From Alphaproteobacteria bacterium (lineage in GTDB: Bacteria; Pseudomonadota; Alphaproteobacteria; Rickettsiales; UBA998): a stretch of DNA of 64,000 bases. Below the pieces are notes generated by a model. That model made no database searches. It saw only the letters and a program-made list of their open reading frames with translations, and was not told the origin of the DNA. A program made the position numbers and the translations under genes. Location of the stretch: positions 66,283 to 130,282 of the forward strand of contig RDZH01000013.1 of NCBI GenBank assembly GCA_004293935.1, given 5' to 3'. Shown here piece after piece: positions 36,592 through 47,564 of the stretch (within the stretch, counting starts at the first letter, position 1; every line of letters begins with the position of its first letter).

Positions 36592-37619
36592 CGCATCTGC
36601 AATGTGCCAAGATCAAACACCGTCTCACCAGCCTGTTCAAGCTGCTGACGCACCTGTGCCACGTGATCGGCTGCTACCACCAAGACCAAACCAATACCCG
36701 CATTGAAGGTGGTCAATAATTCTGTGGTGGAAAGTGATCCGACACGCTGCAACCATGCAAAAATTGGTGGTACGTTCCATGCATTCAGATGGATATGTGC
36801 TGCAAGATGGGCAGGCAAGATACGTGGAAGATTTTCAATAAGTCCGCCACCTGTAATATGCGCACAGCCTTTTATCGCATTACTATGGTGCATGACGGGT
36901 AAGCAACTTTTAATATATAGACGTGTTGGCGTGAGCAGCGATACACCCACGGTTGATGATGCATCCCACGGGGCAGGATCATCATAAGATAATCCTTCTT
37001 GCTCTATCAATTTGCGTACCAAGGAATAACCATTGCTATGCACACCACTGGATGCCAAGCCAAGGAGTATGTCGCCTTCTTGCATCAAGTCTAGGCGCGG
37101 TAAAAGGCGGTCACGGTTCACTGCCCCGACAACAAAGCCTGCGAGATCATAATCTCCCTGGGCATATAATCCGGGCATTTCTGCCGTCTCACCACCAATG
37201 AGGGCGCATCCCGCTTCGGCACAGCCACGGGCAATGCCTGCCACAACATCCGCTGCATCATCCACATTGAGCGATCCGCACGCATAATAATCAAGGAAAA
37301 AAAGCGGTTCAGCACCTTGCGCGAGCAAGTCATTCACGCACATTGCCACTAGATCAATGCCAATCGTATCATGAATCGCCATGGTATGCGCGATTTTGAG
37401 TTTTGTCCCTACGCCGTCAGTTGCACCAACAAGCAAGGCATCCTCATATCCTGCTGCTTTGAGGTCAAACAACCCACCAAAGCCGCCAATCGTACCCATC
37501 ATGCCGGCACGCCGTGTTGAGGCTACGGCGGGCTTAATACGTTCCACAAGCGCGTTACCTGCGTCAATATCAACACCAGCAGCGGTATAAGCAGAGATTT
37601 TTTTGTCTTTTTGCGTCAT
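36564..37619 (-). CDS. purM: Phosphoribosylformylglycinamidine cyclo-ligase
   Basis: 351 aa with the motifs [12 protein letters not shown] and DGVGTK, consistent with the AIR synthase fold. Confidence 0.95.
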   Translation of the reverse strand: MTQKDKKISAYTAAGVDIDAGNALVERIKPAVASTRRAGMMGTIGGFGGLFDLKAAGYEDALLVGATDGVGTKLKIAHTMAIHDTIGIDLVAMCVNDLLAQGAEPLFFLDYYACGSLNVDDAADVVAGIARGCAEAGCALIGGETAEMPGLYAQGDYDLAGFVVGAVNRDRLLPRLDLMQEGDILLGLASSGVHSNGYSLVRKLIEQEGLSYDDPAPWDASSTVGVSLLTPTRLYIKSCLPVMHHSNAIKGCAHITGGGLIENLPRILPAHLAAHIHLNAWNVPPIFAWLQRVGSLSTTELLTTFNAGIGLVLVVAADHVAQVRQQLEQAGETVFDLGTLQMRQEDGVVVL

Positions 37620-37659
37620 AATAATTGCATCATCATTGGTTATAACGTATGGATAAACT

Positions 37660-38829
37660 ATGCAACGTTTTTGTCAACCGAATATCACATTGTTGGTGCG
37701 CTTTTTTCTCATTCTGCTGCTGGTGCTGGTGATGCATCCTGCGGGAAGTGTTGCGCAAACGAGCATGGACATCGTTGAGGAAAAGAAAGCACCGACGACG
37801 GTTGATGTGATGGTCACGGTGAGTTCTTCAGGAAAAACGGTTGAAGAAGCACGCAAGAAAGCTATTTTGGCGGGTGAACGGCAGGCATTTTATAAAGCAT
37901 TAGTGATGCTTTCAAAGGATAAAGCACGCGATATTTATCGTAATGTGCGCAATAATAATTTGGATCGCTATGTGCAATCCTTCACCGTGACGCGGGAAGT
38001 GGAAAAGCCCGATGCCTTTGAAGCAGATATTGTGTATCGTTTTCATCATAATTTGATGGATGGGCTGGTGGCGGTGCAAAGTGGCATAGCGGGGCAGGAT
38101 CTCTCTCAGCCTGAAGGCGATGGTTTATTGATTATATCGGTTTTGCGCACCGATGATGCATTGCTGACGTTTCAAGAGGATAATCAGTGGCGGTCTATTC
38201 TGAATAATGTTGCCTTAGAAGTGGGGCAGGGATTGCTTATCACGCCCTTTGGTGATCCGCGTGATATGGCGTTGCTCTCCGATGAAGTGCTGATTGCAGC
38301 GGAAAAAGAATCCCTAATGAAAGTGGCACGTCGTTATGGTACGCGTAATATCGTGATTGTAACGGCACGTGTGATTGAGCCTCAAAAAACTACTAATCCT
38401 TTGGTTGTTGAAGTGGGTTTGCGTAAAGTTGGGGAAAGTTCTAAGAATGAACGTATTGTGCGCTTCAAAGCCCTAAGTCCCGATGAAACGCACGATGTGT
38501 TATTTTCACGCGCTGCACGGGAAATATGCTTACAATTACGCGCATCATTGAAGGATTACAGCCTATTTGCGGATGAGGATGCTGAGAAAATCAAGCCTTT
38601 GGTGATTCGTGCTGAGTTCCGTAGTGGCAGGCAGTGGCGTACCATTCAGAAGATGTTGCTGAATATCGAGGGGGTTGAATCCAAAGCCCTTCGTGCCGTA
38701 TCCCCCGATTTCGCGCAAATGACGATGATGTATCGTGGAGCGTCCGATCCTATCAAGCAATCGTTACTCGCGCAAGGGCTAGAAGTCAATGATTCAAAGG
38801 AATATTGGGTGGTACGCCTCCCAGAATAA
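37660..38829 (+). CDS. Secreted hypothetical protein (position and size recall the DUF2066 family often found between purM and an AI-2E transporter)
   Basis: 389 aa with an N-terminal signal-like hydrophobic segment. The family assignment rests on gene context only. Confidence 0.45.
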   Translation: MQRFCQPNITLLVRFFLILLLVLVMHPAGSVAQTSMDIVEEKKAPTTVDVMVTVSSSGKTVEEARKKAILAGERQAFYKALVMLSKDKARDIYRNVRNNNLDRYVQSFTVTREVEKPDAFEADIVYRFHHNLMDGLVAVQSGIAGQDLSQPEGDGLLIISVLRTDDALLTFQEDNQWRSILNNVALEVGQGLLITPFGDPRDMALLSDEVLIAAEKESLMKVARRYGTRNIVIVTARVIEPQKTTNPLVVEVGLRKVGESSKNERIVRFKALSPDETHDVLFSRAAREICLQLRASLKDYSLFADEDAEKIKPLVIRAEFRSGRQWRTIQKMLLNIEGVESKALRAVSPDFAQMTMMYRGASDPIKQSLLAQGLEVNDSKEYWVVRLPE

Positions 38830-38835
38830 TCGCTT

Positions 38836-39912
38836 ATGATACGCAGCAATTCTACTATTATTTTTTGGATTCTCATTACCTGTTTGGTGGGATATTTTAT
38901 CGATCTCATCAGCCCTGTGCTGTTACCTTTTGTGCTTGGGTTGGGGGTGGCCTATGTGCTTGATCCGTTTACGGATCGTTTGGAGCGTTTAGGTTTGAGT
39001 CGCACGGTAGCAACGGCGGTGATATGTGGGATATTCGCGCTTGCTGTGGTGGTGCTTTTCTTGATTGTCGTGCCGTTGGTGGTGGATCAAGTGCGTGGTT
39101 TGATTGAGGAATTCCCCTATTATCTGGAAGTTGCGCGATCAGAGGTTGCCCCCTATTTGAAACAATGGGGCGTGAAATCGCATATGTACAGCAAGAAGGC
39201 ACTGCAAGATTTTTTGACAGAACAAGCAGGTGGGGCAGGGCAAGATATGGTGCTAAATGTTGCACGCGGGGTGCTGAGATCAGGGTTGGTCTTGGTGAAT
39301 ATTGCGGCATTATTCGTCATTACTCCCGTGGTATCCTTTTATTTGTTGCGTGATTGGGATGTGATGGTGGCGCGTATTGATACCCTGTTGCCTCGTCCTT
39401 ATGCCCCTATAATCCGCGAGCAGCTTGCGATTGTTGATCGCACCTTGGCGGCGTTTGTACGCGGGCAAATTAATGTGATTATTGTGTTGGTGCTGTATTA
39501 TAGTGTCGCACTTACCATAGCGGGGTTGCCGAATAGCTTATTGGTGGCATTGGTGGCGGGGTGTATGGTGGTTATTCCGTATGTGGGAACGATTGTGAGT
39601 GGCAGCCTTGCGCTTGGGCTTGCCTATGTGCAGATTGATCAACCGAATTTACTTTTTATTGTGCTAGGGATTTTTATCATTGGGCAAATGTTTGAAGGCT
39701 ATTTTCTCACACCGAAATTGATTGGCACATCGGTCGGACTTAATCCTATTTGGATTATTTTTGGAATGATGGCAGGTGGTGCGATTATGGGCTTTGTTGG
39801 GATTTTGATTGCCGTTCCCCTAACGGCGGTGATGGGCGTGGTGATTCGTTTTGCGGTGGCTGAATATCTCAAAAGTCGCTATTATACGGGGGCGAATACG
39901 CCGAATCTTTAG
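38836..39912 (+). CDS. AI-2E family transporter (PerM-like permease)
   Basis: 358 aa with about 8 TM segments. The C-terminal motif region is typical: P.V..IVS......, then GQ..EG..L.P...G, then L.P....F. Confidence 0.8.
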   Translation: MIRSNSTIIFWILITCLVGYFIDLISPVLLPFVLGLGVAYVLDPFTDRLERLGLSRTVATAVICGIFALAVVVLFLIVVPLVVDQVRGLIEEFPYYLEVARSEVAPYLKQWGVKSHMYSKKALQDFLTEQAGGAGQDMVLNVARGVLRSGLVLVNIAALFVITPVVSFYLLRDWDVMVARIDTLLPRPYAPIIREQLAIVDRTLAAFVRGQINVIIVLVLYYSVALTIAGLPNSLLVALVAGCMVVIPYVGTIVSGSLALGLAYVQIDQPNLLFIVLGIFIIGQMFEGYFLTPKLIGTSVGLNPIWIIFGMMAGGAIMGFVGILIAVPLTAVMGVVIRFAVAEYLKSRYYTGANTPNL

Positions 39913-39947
39913 CCGTTCTTTGTCATAGGATCTTCATATAAAAAAAG

Positions 39948-39996
39948 TTGCAATTAGCATTTTTATGACTATAATCCGTTGTTATTAGTTAATAAC
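39948..39996 (+). promoter_or_regulatory. Predicted sigma70 promoter (TTGCAA, 16 nt, TATAAT) followed by the palindrome GTTATTAGTTAATAAC
   Basis: -35 at 39948-39953 and -10 at 39970-39975. The 7+7 inverted repeat is at 39981-39996. It lies upstream of the MFS transporter and alpha-glucosidase pair. Confidence 0.5.
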
Positions 39997-40016
39997 TTCT
40001 TCTATGGAATTGTGCA

Positions 40017-41369
40017 GTGCATCATGTTGAGACAAAACCGCAGCTCTCTTTTGCGAGCTTGTGGTGCTTGAGTTTAGGTTTTTTAGGTATTCAGTTTGGC
40101 TGGGGATTGCAAATGGCTAATATGAGTGCCATTTATCAAATGCTTGGCGCGCATGAAAGTGAGATCGCCTTATTATGGATTGCTGCACCCATCACAGGCT
40201 TTTTTGTGCAGCCGATCATTGGCTATATGAGCGATCGCACATGGGGACGGTTTGGGCGACGTAAGCCTTATTTCTTTGTTGGGGCGATCATTTCTTCGCT
40301 TGCCTTGGTGGCTATGCCCAATAGCGGGTCGCTTTGGATGGCGGTTGGCTTACTTTGGGTGTTGGATGGTGCTATTAATGCCACTATGCAACCTTTTCGT
40401 GCATTTGTTGGGGATGTGTTGCCTGAAAACCAGCAAGCCGTTGGATTCTCGGTACAAACCGTGCTGATTGGCATTGGTGCGATGATTTCCTCCTCACTCT
40501 TGTGGATATTGGCGCATTTCTTTGGGGTATCTTCTGAGGCGCAGGGCGATTCTGCTATGCCGCAAACAGTGGAATATGCCTTTTATCTTGGTGCAATCGT
40601 GTTGTTTGTAAGCGTGATGATTACTATCTTCACCACCAAAGAATATCCGCCACAGGATATGGAAAAATTTGCGCGTGATCATGATGCCTCGCATGGATTT
40701 TTAGCGGGGGTAAAAGAAGTGTGGGGATTAGCAAAGGCAATGCCCAAGCGTATGAAGCAATTAGCGTGGGTGCAGATGTTTAGCTGGTCGGGCTTGTTTT
40801 GTATGTGGACGTATTTTGCACCCTATGTCACTGCGAATGTTTTTGGTGCTACTGGCACGAAAGATCCGCTTTATGAGCAAGGCTTAGAGTGGGCAGGGGT
40901 GTGTTTTTCTACCTATAATGGGGTGGCTTTAGTGGTGGCATTCGCCCTGATTGGCTTAGTGAAAAAATATTCCCCTAAACATATTCATATGGTGAGTCTG
41001 TTTGTGGGGGGCATGGGCTTGATGGGAACGATGGTGGTCACTGATCCGAATCATTTGCTGATCTGCATGGTTGGTGTGGGCATAGCGTGGGCTTCGATCT
41101 TGTCGATGCCTTATGCGATGATTGCGCGCTCTATCCCTGAGGGGCATATGGGCGTATATATGGGCTTGTTTAATATTTTTATTGTCATTCCGCAGGTGAT
41201 TATTGCACTTTTTTCTGGAACGATCGTCACGTATATGTTAGATGGCAATTCTTCCGCAATGGTGCCGATTGGTGGTGTCTTGTGTGTGCTGGCGGCATTC
41301 TGTGTGTGTGCGGTGGATGCCGATGAGCAACCATTCGCTGGGGCATTGCAGGGAAGTTCTGGGCATTAA
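40017..41369 (+). CDS. MFS/GPH-type sugar (sucrose/maltose-like, SLC45-like) transporter
   Basis: 450 aa with 12 TM segments. The motif YMSDRTWGRFGRRKPYFFVGA is typical of glycoside-pentoside-hexuronide/SLC45 carriers. It uses a GTG start. Confidence 0.8.
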   Translation: MHHVETKPQLSFASLWCLSLGFLGIQFGWGLQMANMSAIYQMLGAHESEIALLWIAAPITGFFVQPIIGYMSDRTWGRFGRRKPYFFVGAIISSLALVAMPNSGSLWMAVGLLWVLDGAINATMQPFRAFVGDVLPENQQAVGFSVQTVLIGIGAMISSSLLWILAHFFGVSSEAQGDSAMPQTVEYAFYLGAIVLFVSVMITIFTTKEYPPQDMEKFARDHDASHGFLAGVKEVWGLAKAMPKRMKQLAWVQMFSWSGLFCMWTYFAPYVTANVFGATGTKDPLYEQGLEWAGVCFSTYNGVALVVAFALIGLVKKYSPKHIHMVSLFVGGMGLMGTMVVTDPNHLLICMVGVGIAWASILSMPYAMIARSIPEGHMGVYMGLFNIFIVIPQVIIALFSGTIVTYMLDGNSSAMVPIGGVLCVLAAFCVCAVDADEQPFAGALQGSSGH

Positions 41370-41394
41370 TGCATAAAAAAACGAGTAGAAAACA

Positions 41395-43026
41395 ATGACA
41401 GATCATAAAATGAACGATTGGTGGCGTGGGTGCGTTATTTATCAAGTCTATCCACGTAGTTATCAAGATACGAATGGCGATGGCGTGGGTGATTTGCGTG
41501 GTATTACGCAACGGTTGGAATATATTGCGTCACTTGGGGTGGATGCGATTTGGATTTCACCATTTTTCCGCTCCCCTATGCGTGATTTTGGCTATGATGT
41601 CTCTGATTTTTGTGATGTCGATCCGTTGTTCGGTACGCTCGCAGATGCCGATGCTTTGATTAAGAAAGCGGATCAGTTGGGTTTGCGTATTATTGTGGAT
41701 ATGGTATTGAACCATACGTCGGATCAGCATCCATGGTTTATTGAAAGTTCATCCTCGCGTGATAATCCCAAAGCAGATTGGTATGTGTGGGCTGATCCGA
41801 AGCCTGACGGCACGCCACCGAATAATTGGCTTTCTGTGTTTGGTGGCAGTTCATGGCAGTGGCATACACGCCGTAAGCAATATTATCTGCATAATTTTTT
41901 GAAAGAGCAACCTGATGTGAATTTTCACTCTCCAAACGTGCAAGACGCGCTGATGGAGATTATGGAATTTTGGTTGAAGCGCGGTGTCAAAGGCTTCCGT
42001 TTTGATGCCACCAATTTTTATGTGCATGATGCCGCTTTGCGGGATAATCCCATCCATGATCATCTGAATGACCCCCAAGATCACGTGCCGGACATTAATC
42101 CTTATGGGATGCAACAACATATTTATGACCAGTCGCGCCCCGAAACCTTGACCTTCCTTGCGCGTGTTCGTGCGTTATTAAACCGTTATGATGCAGCGAT
42201 GGGGATGGCGGAATTGGGGGCATTGGATGCTTATCAACTCATTGGTGAGTATAGTTCGGGTGATAAATATTTGCATATGGGGTATGGCTTCCAGTTCCTC
42301 AATCCAAAGTTCAGTGCAAGCTATGTTGCGCAAGTGGTGCAACGTATGGAGGCGAATATTCAGGATGGGTGGCCATGTTGGGCGTTCTCCAACCATGATG
42401 CAGCGCGCCCCGTGACGCGGTGGAATCCTAAGGCAGGGATGGAACAAGCCTTTAGTCATATGTTATTGAGCCTTCTGCTTAGCTTGCGCGGTAGTGTGTG
42501 CATGTATCAAGGGGAAGAGTTGGGCTTACCCGAAGCGGATATTGCCTATGAGGAGATTCAAGACCCGTATGGTTTAGAGTTTTGGCCAGAATTTAAAGGG
42601 CGTGATGGCTGCCGTACTCCTATGCCGTGGGATCATACGCAAGCCCATGCAGGTTTTAGTACGGTTAAACCATGGCTGCCTGTGCGTGATACGCATCAAT
42701 CTCTTGCTGTATCAACGCAAGAAAGCGATGCGGCATCGTCTTTATCCATTGCACGGAAATTGATTAAGTGGCGCAAGCAGCATAGCGCGATGGTGAATGG
42801 GGCGATTGATCTTCAGCAGGTGCGCCCCGACCTTGTGCGTATTGCACGAAAAAATGCCACAGAATCATTTGTTGTTTATGTGAATTTTAGTGCAGAACCC
42901 ACGTCTATTGCTGTATCTAATGCGGAAGTGGCACTGGTGAGCGATCATCCCTTGGCGGCAAGTGCGCGTCTTGATGCAGGAATATTGTATCTGCAAGGAT
43001 ATGGCGTGGCGGTTGTACGCACCTAA
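41395..43026 (+). CDS. aglA: GH13 alpha-glucosidase (oligo-1,6-glucosidase/AglA-like)
   Basis: 543 aa. It starts WWRGCVIYQVYPRSYQDTNGDGVGDLRG. The GH13 regions are DMVLNHTS, GFRFDATNF, GEELG and FSNHDA. Confidence 0.92.
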   Translation: MTDHKMNDWWRGCVIYQVYPRSYQDTNGDGVGDLRGITQRLEYIASLGVDAIWISPFFRSPMRDFGYDVSDFCDVDPLFGTLADADALIKKADQLGLRIIVDMVLNHTSDQHPWFIESSSSRDNPKADWYVWADPKPDGTPPNNWLSVFGGSSWQWHTRRKQYYLHNFLKEQPDVNFHSPNVQDALMEIMEFWLKRGVKGFRFDATNFYVHDAALRDNPIHDHLNDPQDHVPDINPYGMQQHIYDQSRPETLTFLARVRALLNRYDAAMGMAELGALDAYQLIGEYSSGDKYLHMGYGFQFLNPKFSASYVAQVVQRMEANIQDGWPCWAFSNHDAARPVTRWNPKAGMEQAFSHMLLSLLLSLRGSVCMYQGEELGLPEADIAYEEIQDPYGLEFWPEFKGRDGCRTPMPWDHTQAHAGFSTVKPWLPVRDTHQSLAVSTQESDAASSLSIARKLIKWRKQHSAMVNGAIDLQQVRPDLVRIARKNATESFVVYVNFSAEPTSIAVSNAEVALVSDHPLAASARLDAGILYLQGYGVAVVRT

Positions 43027-43104
43027 AATCACAAGAATCATCGTCATCATAATGTCATATAAACTTGCTATAGTTCAAGTATAGTTTGAGTAAAGAGATT
43101 TTTT

Positions 43105-43656
43105 ATGGCAAGATTTATTCGTGGTGCAGCTAATGCCTATTTGAATCAGCTTAATTGGCAATCCAAACATCGTCGTGATAGCGATGTGCAGGATGGCTCG
43201 CTTTTGGGCATGGGAACGTTTATCCCCACCATCCAAAATGGCTGGAATCATCTGATGTTTCTCCCCGCACTTGCGAAAGGCTTTGTGTTTGGGGCGGAGG
43301 TGCAGACCGTACCTAGTGTGGACGTACCCAAGGGCATGGAAAATGAAAAATGGATCAAAGATCAGCAAGCGACGCATCACTATGCGCAAGAGGCTAATAG
43401 ATTGATGGTGAGAAAATGGGAGGATCAGATTATGGGGGTACTCACCTTGGATCTTGATCGGTTTAACCGAGGGCTGATCACAGACGAAGCACTTCGTGAT
43501 GTGCAGGCTGAAGCGGATCTGTTGCTTCCCTACCGTGCGGATCAAGCGCAAGAAAAACAAGCAACGCAAGGAAAAGAAGTGAACGCGCCGCATGTTGTTC
43601 CCAACATCCCGCAGGAAATGCCTAAGGGGGGATTATCCTATTCGACCGCCAAATAG
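43105..43656 (+). CDS. Hypothetical protein
   Basis: 183-aa ORF. I prefer it over the overlapping minus-strand ORF 43075-43593, whose composition is rich in R, F, L, C and H and looks like antisense noise. Confidence 0.45.
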   Translation: MARFIRGAANAYLNQLNWQSKHRRDSDVQDGSLLGMGTFIPTIQNGWNHLMFLPALAKGFVFGAEVQTVPSVDVPKGMENEKWIKDQQATHHYAQEANRLMVRKWEDQIMGVLTLDLDRFNRGLITDEALRDVQAEADLLLPYRADQAQEKQATQGKEVNAPHVVPNIPQEMPKGGLSYSTAK

Positions 43657-43766
43657 GGTGCTAAATAAGGTGTTTTATCAAAAATAGAAATCCTCACCAT
43701 GAATCGGCACGTTATTTGCTTTAGTTTATCTATAGAGCGCGTTGCGTTAGGTTGAGGAGATGAACA

Positions 43767-44192
43767 GTGAAATATTCGTGGATGTGTGGAGTGATGCTAA
43801 CCTTCTGTGTAGTCATCGCGGGGTGTGATACATTGGAGCGTTCAACGGAGCGCGCAGGCAACGGCATTTATACGAATTATACGAAAACACGACAAAAAAT
43901 CGCTGGCTATATTTATAAGAGTGAGGCGGCGGAGCAGCAACAAAGCTATCGTCCCTATGAAGAGCCAATTTTTTGCTATCGCTTGATGATGGATACGAGT
44001 TGCTATAATAAGCCACAACCGCATTTGCATGAAAAACTTGTCGCGGTGCAAGGGATACATGATTATCATTATCATGATTTTGTGCCTGAATTTGTCATTC
44101 AGTCTGCACCGAACCCGTCTGCAATTCACATATCAGAATTGGATAACGCGCTTCCACCTCAAGAAGAACGCCCCATACGTTTGATGAAGTGA
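43767..44192 (+). CDS. Putative lipoprotein
   Basis: GTG start preceded by GAGGAG. The signal peptide ends in the lipobox VIAGC. Confidence 0.5.
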   Translation: MKYSWMCGVMLTFCVVIAGCDTLERSTERAGNGIYTNYTKTRQKIAGYIYKSEAAEQQQSYRPYEEPIFCYRLMMDTSCYNKPQPHLHEKLVAVQGIHDYHYHDFVPEFVIQSAPNPSAIHISELDNALPPQEERPIRLMK

Positions 44193-44195
44193 GTC

Positions 44196-44328
44196 CTATA
44201 GTGCTTCCATTATATAATTACCGATTGATAGGCAATTATATAATGGAAAAAGCACTATAAATCATAGTGTTATAGTCGTTTTTTGACATAAAAAAATGAG
44301 TAATTTTTTTGTCAAACGACTATAAATC
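44196..44328 (-). repeat. Family C composite palindromic repeat, copy C3 (inverted)
   Basis: Its reverse complement aligns along the whole length with 8706-8806 and 33421-33502. It fills the gap between two convergent genes. Confidence 0.85.
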
Positions 44329-44344
44329 TGTGAAGATAGGTTCT

Positions 44345-46510
44345 CTAACCGTTATAACGCTCAACGCTTTGGATAAGATTTTTGTGCTTTAAGCCCTTCA
44401 TGATGGCATTCATGTGTGAATCACCGAGTACTTCAATATCAATCAAAATTTCAAAATGATCGGTTGTACGATTGGTGATTTTGAAATTATTAATGTTGCC
44501 TTTTTCGGATGCAATCACTTGTGTGAGGGTAGCGATTGCCCCCGGTTCATGGTTGACCATCACTTTGATGCGCCCAATATAGCTTTGCTGTTCTTCTGAG
44601 GCATCCCATGCGACATCGATCCATCGCTCTGGGGCATCGCTGTAATTTTCGAGCGTATCACAATCCATCGTGTGAATGGTCACGCCTTTACCTGTGGTCA
44701 CAATCCCCACAATTTTATCTCCCGGAATGGGATGGCAGCATCCCGCAAAATGTATCGCCATACCCGGCACTAAGCCACTAATGGGGAGTGAATGTTTGGC
44801 GCGTTCTTTTTCGCGTCGCAGCTTGGGCAAAAAGACGAGCTTTTTCTCTTTTCCCGAATGGACAGTACTCACAGGCTTGCCCGTGATAACCTCAAAGACG
44901 CGATTGCGCGATAAAGTTCCCTCACCAATCGCCACAAATACATCATCAATGGTTTTATGTTTGAGGGTTTCTAGTGCTTTTTCTAAATCTTTTTCTTTGA
45001 ATTCAACCTGTTCTTTTTTGAAGGTTTTTTGCAAAATACCATTGCCTAGTGTCAAATATTCTTCACGTTGCGCGGTGCGGATGAATTTGCGGATTTCCGA
45101 GCGGGCTTTGCCCGTCACCACAAAACGCTCCCAAGCAGGTGAGGGGGTTTGCGTCTTGGAGGTGATGATTTCTACCTGATCCCCATTATGCAAATGGGTT
45201 TTGAGTGGCACAATGCGCCCATTGACTTTTGCGCCAACGCAACGACATCCTACCCCTGAATGCACCTGAAACGCAAAATCCACGGGCGTTGCTCCGCGTG
45301 GTAGTGCCATAATGTCCCCTTTGGGAGTAAAGCAAAAGACTTGATCATGATACATTTCAAGTTTTGTATGCTCAAGAAATTCATCAGCATCATCCGTTTT
45401 TTCTAATATATCAAGAAGTTGACGCATCCATTGAAATTGCTTGCCTTCATGTGATGCGTTTTTCCCTTGCTTATACGACCAATGGGCAGCAACCCCATTT
45501 TCAGCCACATCTTGCATTTCTTGGGTGCGAATTTGAATCTCAACACGTTGTTTGTTAGGCCCGATGACTTCGGTATGGATGGATTGATAGCCATTGACTT
45601 TCGGCGTGGAAATATAATCCTTAAAACGCCCCGGGATGGTATGGAATTCATTGTGAATGATCCCAAGTGCTTGATAACAATCCCCCACCGTATTGGTAAG
45701 GATACGAAATCCCATCACATCCCCTAATTGCTCAAAGGAGATATTCTTCATTTCCATTTTACGCCAAATAGAATAGGGTCTTTTTTGTCTTCCTGACACG
45801 ATCGCAGTGGGCAAGCTGTGAACGCATAATAGATGTTGCAGACTTTCTCGAATGCGCTCAATTTCGGGAAGCCCTGTTTCGCGCAAAAACTCCAAACGGT
45901 TCATAATCGATTCGCGGGCATCGGGATGAAGAACGGCAAAGCATAAATCTTGCAATTCTTCCTTGACGTTACGCATCCCAATACGTTCGGCAAGAGGTGT
46001 GTAAATATCAAGGGTTTCACGGGCTTTTTTCTGACGCTTTTCTTCAGAGCGGACATAATGGATGGTTTGCATATTATGCAACCGATCCGCGAGTTTCACT
46101 ACAAGCACACGCAAATCTTTTGACATAGCAAGCACGAGTTTGCGGAAATTTTCTGCTTGTGAGGGTGCTTTGCTTTTTTCGGTGGACATCTCCAAGCGGT
46201 TCAGTTTGGTGACACCATCAACCAAATTGGCAATTTCTGCTCCGAATAATCGCGTAATATCGTCTAAGGTTGCATCCGTATCTTCTACCGTATCGTGCAG
46301 TAAGGCTGTGATAATGGATGCCGCATCTAATTTCATCGTGGTGAGATAATAGGCGACTTCCACAGGATGCGAAAAATAAGGCTCACCTGAGGCGCGCATC
46401 TGCCCGCTATGTGCATGAAGCCCAAAATCATAGGCGCGACGGATCAACTCATAATCCGTCTTGGGTTCATAAACGCACATTGCTTGAATGAGGTCAATCG
46501 CAGTTTTCAT
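44345..46510 (-). CDS. spoT: Bifunctional (p)ppGpp synthetase/hydrolase (RelA/SpoT homologue)
   Basis: 721 aa with an HD hydrolase domain (HPVEV...LLHDTVEDT), a synthetase domain, and TGS and ACT regions. Confidence 0.95.
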   Translation of the reverse strand: MKTAIDLIQAMCVYEPKTDYELIRRAYDFGLHAHSGQMRASGEPYFSHPVEVAYYLTTMKLDAASIITALLHDTVEDTDATLDDITRLFGAEIANLVDGVTKLNRLEMSTEKSKAPSQAENFRKLVLAMSKDLRVLVVKLADRLHNMQTIHYVRSEEKRQKKARETLDIYTPLAERIGMRNVKEELQDLCFAVLHPDARESIMNRLEFLRETGLPEIERIRESLQHLLCVHSLPTAIVSGRQKRPYSIWRKMEMKNISFEQLGDVMGFRILTNTVGDCYQALGIIHNEFHTIPGRFKDYISTPKVNGYQSIHTEVIGPNKQRVEIQIRTQEMQDVAENGVAAHWSYKQGKNASHEGKQFQWMRQLLDILEKTDDADEFLEHTKLEMYHDQVFCFTPKGDIMALPRGATPVDFAFQVHSGVGCRCVGAKVNGRIVPLKTHLHNGDQVEIITSKTQTPSPAWERFVVTGKARSEIRKFIRTAQREEYLTLGNGILQKTFKKEQVEFKEKDLEKALETLKHKTIDDVFVAIGEGTLSRNRVFEVITGKPVSTVHSGKEKKLVFLPKLRREKERAKHSLPISGLVPGMAIHFAGCCHPIPGDKIVGIVTTGKGVTIHTMDCDTLENYSDAPERWIDVAWDASEEQQSYIGRIKVMVNHEPGAIATLTQVIASEKGNINNFKITNRTTDHFEILIDIEVLGDSHMNAIMKGLKHKNLIQSVERYNG

Positions 46511-46670
46511 AACATCATTAAAAGTGAACTATGGCACGTTCGTTTTTCATATATCTGTGGAGGATAGATGAAAAATGATGGTGTGCGCTATTGTAAGAAT
46601 AGAGAGATACGAACCCTAAACGATCCGTTGCACTATCGTACTACGCTCGCTAGTGCGAAGCAACATAATT

Positions 46671-47564
46671 CTAGTCTAATGTGACGCTCATAGGGATCAA
46701 AAATTCGACTTGGTCACCTCCGGGATATTCTACGGGGACGGCGGGAACGGGCGATGCAAGCTGCACGGTTTCAAGAGCGACTTGGTCAAAATCACCATAG
46801 CCCGAACTGCGTTCAATCACTTTGAATTGGACATATCCTTGACGGTTAATCCGTAAACGAATGACAACACGTGCGGTAGTGCCGATAGGAATATTATAAC
46901 GCTCCTTTTTTTGATGGCTATGAATCCACCCTGAGAGCAATGCTTCATATTTGGTCACAATATTTTTGGTTTCTTCACTTAAGCTATCACGTAGCACGCC
47001 ACGTGCCGCGACAATGCCCTTAGTCGCTCCTAAGGGGCGTTGCTTCATCGCACTGACTGTGCCGTAACGGTTTGTGTTGCCTCGCAATGTTTGCGGTTCA
47101 TCACGATTGCGGCGTTGTGGTGTTGAAGCGCGACGCGGGGTCGGAGCGACGGCTGATACAGCGGATGATTGCTTATTCGTCGATGATGATTTTGGTTGTG
47201 GGCGCGCTCTATCTTGGCGCATGTGTTCTTGGGGAGCATCATCCAAGATGCTATCAATTTGATCGGTGACGTTATCAGTGGCGGTCGATTCTTTGTCGTT
47301 GAGGGTAGGACGCTGAGAGGTTTTTCCTTGCGCAAAGGTGAGATGAACCTGTTGTGTTTTAGGGATTTCTTCGCTTAATACAAGAAAATATACAGGAACT
47401 AAGATAGTGACATGCGTCACAAATGCGAGCATGACAAAAATATAGAATGCAGGCACGCCCTTCATGCGATCCTTGGTTTCTTTCGCTAACAGAGAAAGAT
47501 GCTCAAGATAGGCAGAACTAAATGGATGGGCAGGGGGATGGGCAGGGGGAATGAATGTGTTCAT
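46671..47564 (-). CDS. tonB: TonB-family energy transducer
   Basis: 297 aa with an N-terminal TM, a low-complexity Pro/Ser/Arg-rich linker and a TonB-C-like end. It overlaps exbD by 4 nt (ATGA). Confidence 0.75.
   Translation of the reverse strand: MNTFIPPAHPPAHPFSSAYLEHLSLLAKETKDRMKGVPAFYIFVMLAFVTHVTILVPVYFLVLSEEIPKTQQVHLTFAQGKTSQRPTLNDKESTATDNVTDQIDSILDDAPQEHMRQDRARPQPKSSSTNKQSSAVSAVAPTPRRASTPQRRNRDEPQTLRGNTNRYGTVSAMKQRPLGATKGIVAARGVLRDSLSEETKNIVTKYEALLSGWIHSHQKKERYNIPIGTTARVVIRLRINRQGYVQFKVIERSSGYGDFDQVALETVQLASPVPAVPVEYPGGDQVEFLIPMSVTLD

Noticed and set aside
43075-43593. 172-aa minus-strand ORF overlapping the 183-aa plus-strand ORF
   Set aside because: Its composition is rich in R, F, L, C and H, and it has no plausible start context. 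This looks like the antisense shadow of the plus-strand frame. Confidence in the plus-strand gene is itself only moderate.
46511-46670. Possible tmRNA or other ncRNA in the spoT-tonB spacer (acgctcgctagtgcgaagc resembles tag-like or structured sequence)
   Set aside because: I could not find a tRNA-like domain, a resume codon followed by a plausible tag ORF, or pseudoknot-compatible pairing. The partial similarity to the E module at 12870-12913 (cgctagNgc...aattc...ctag) suggests a degenerate repeat instead.
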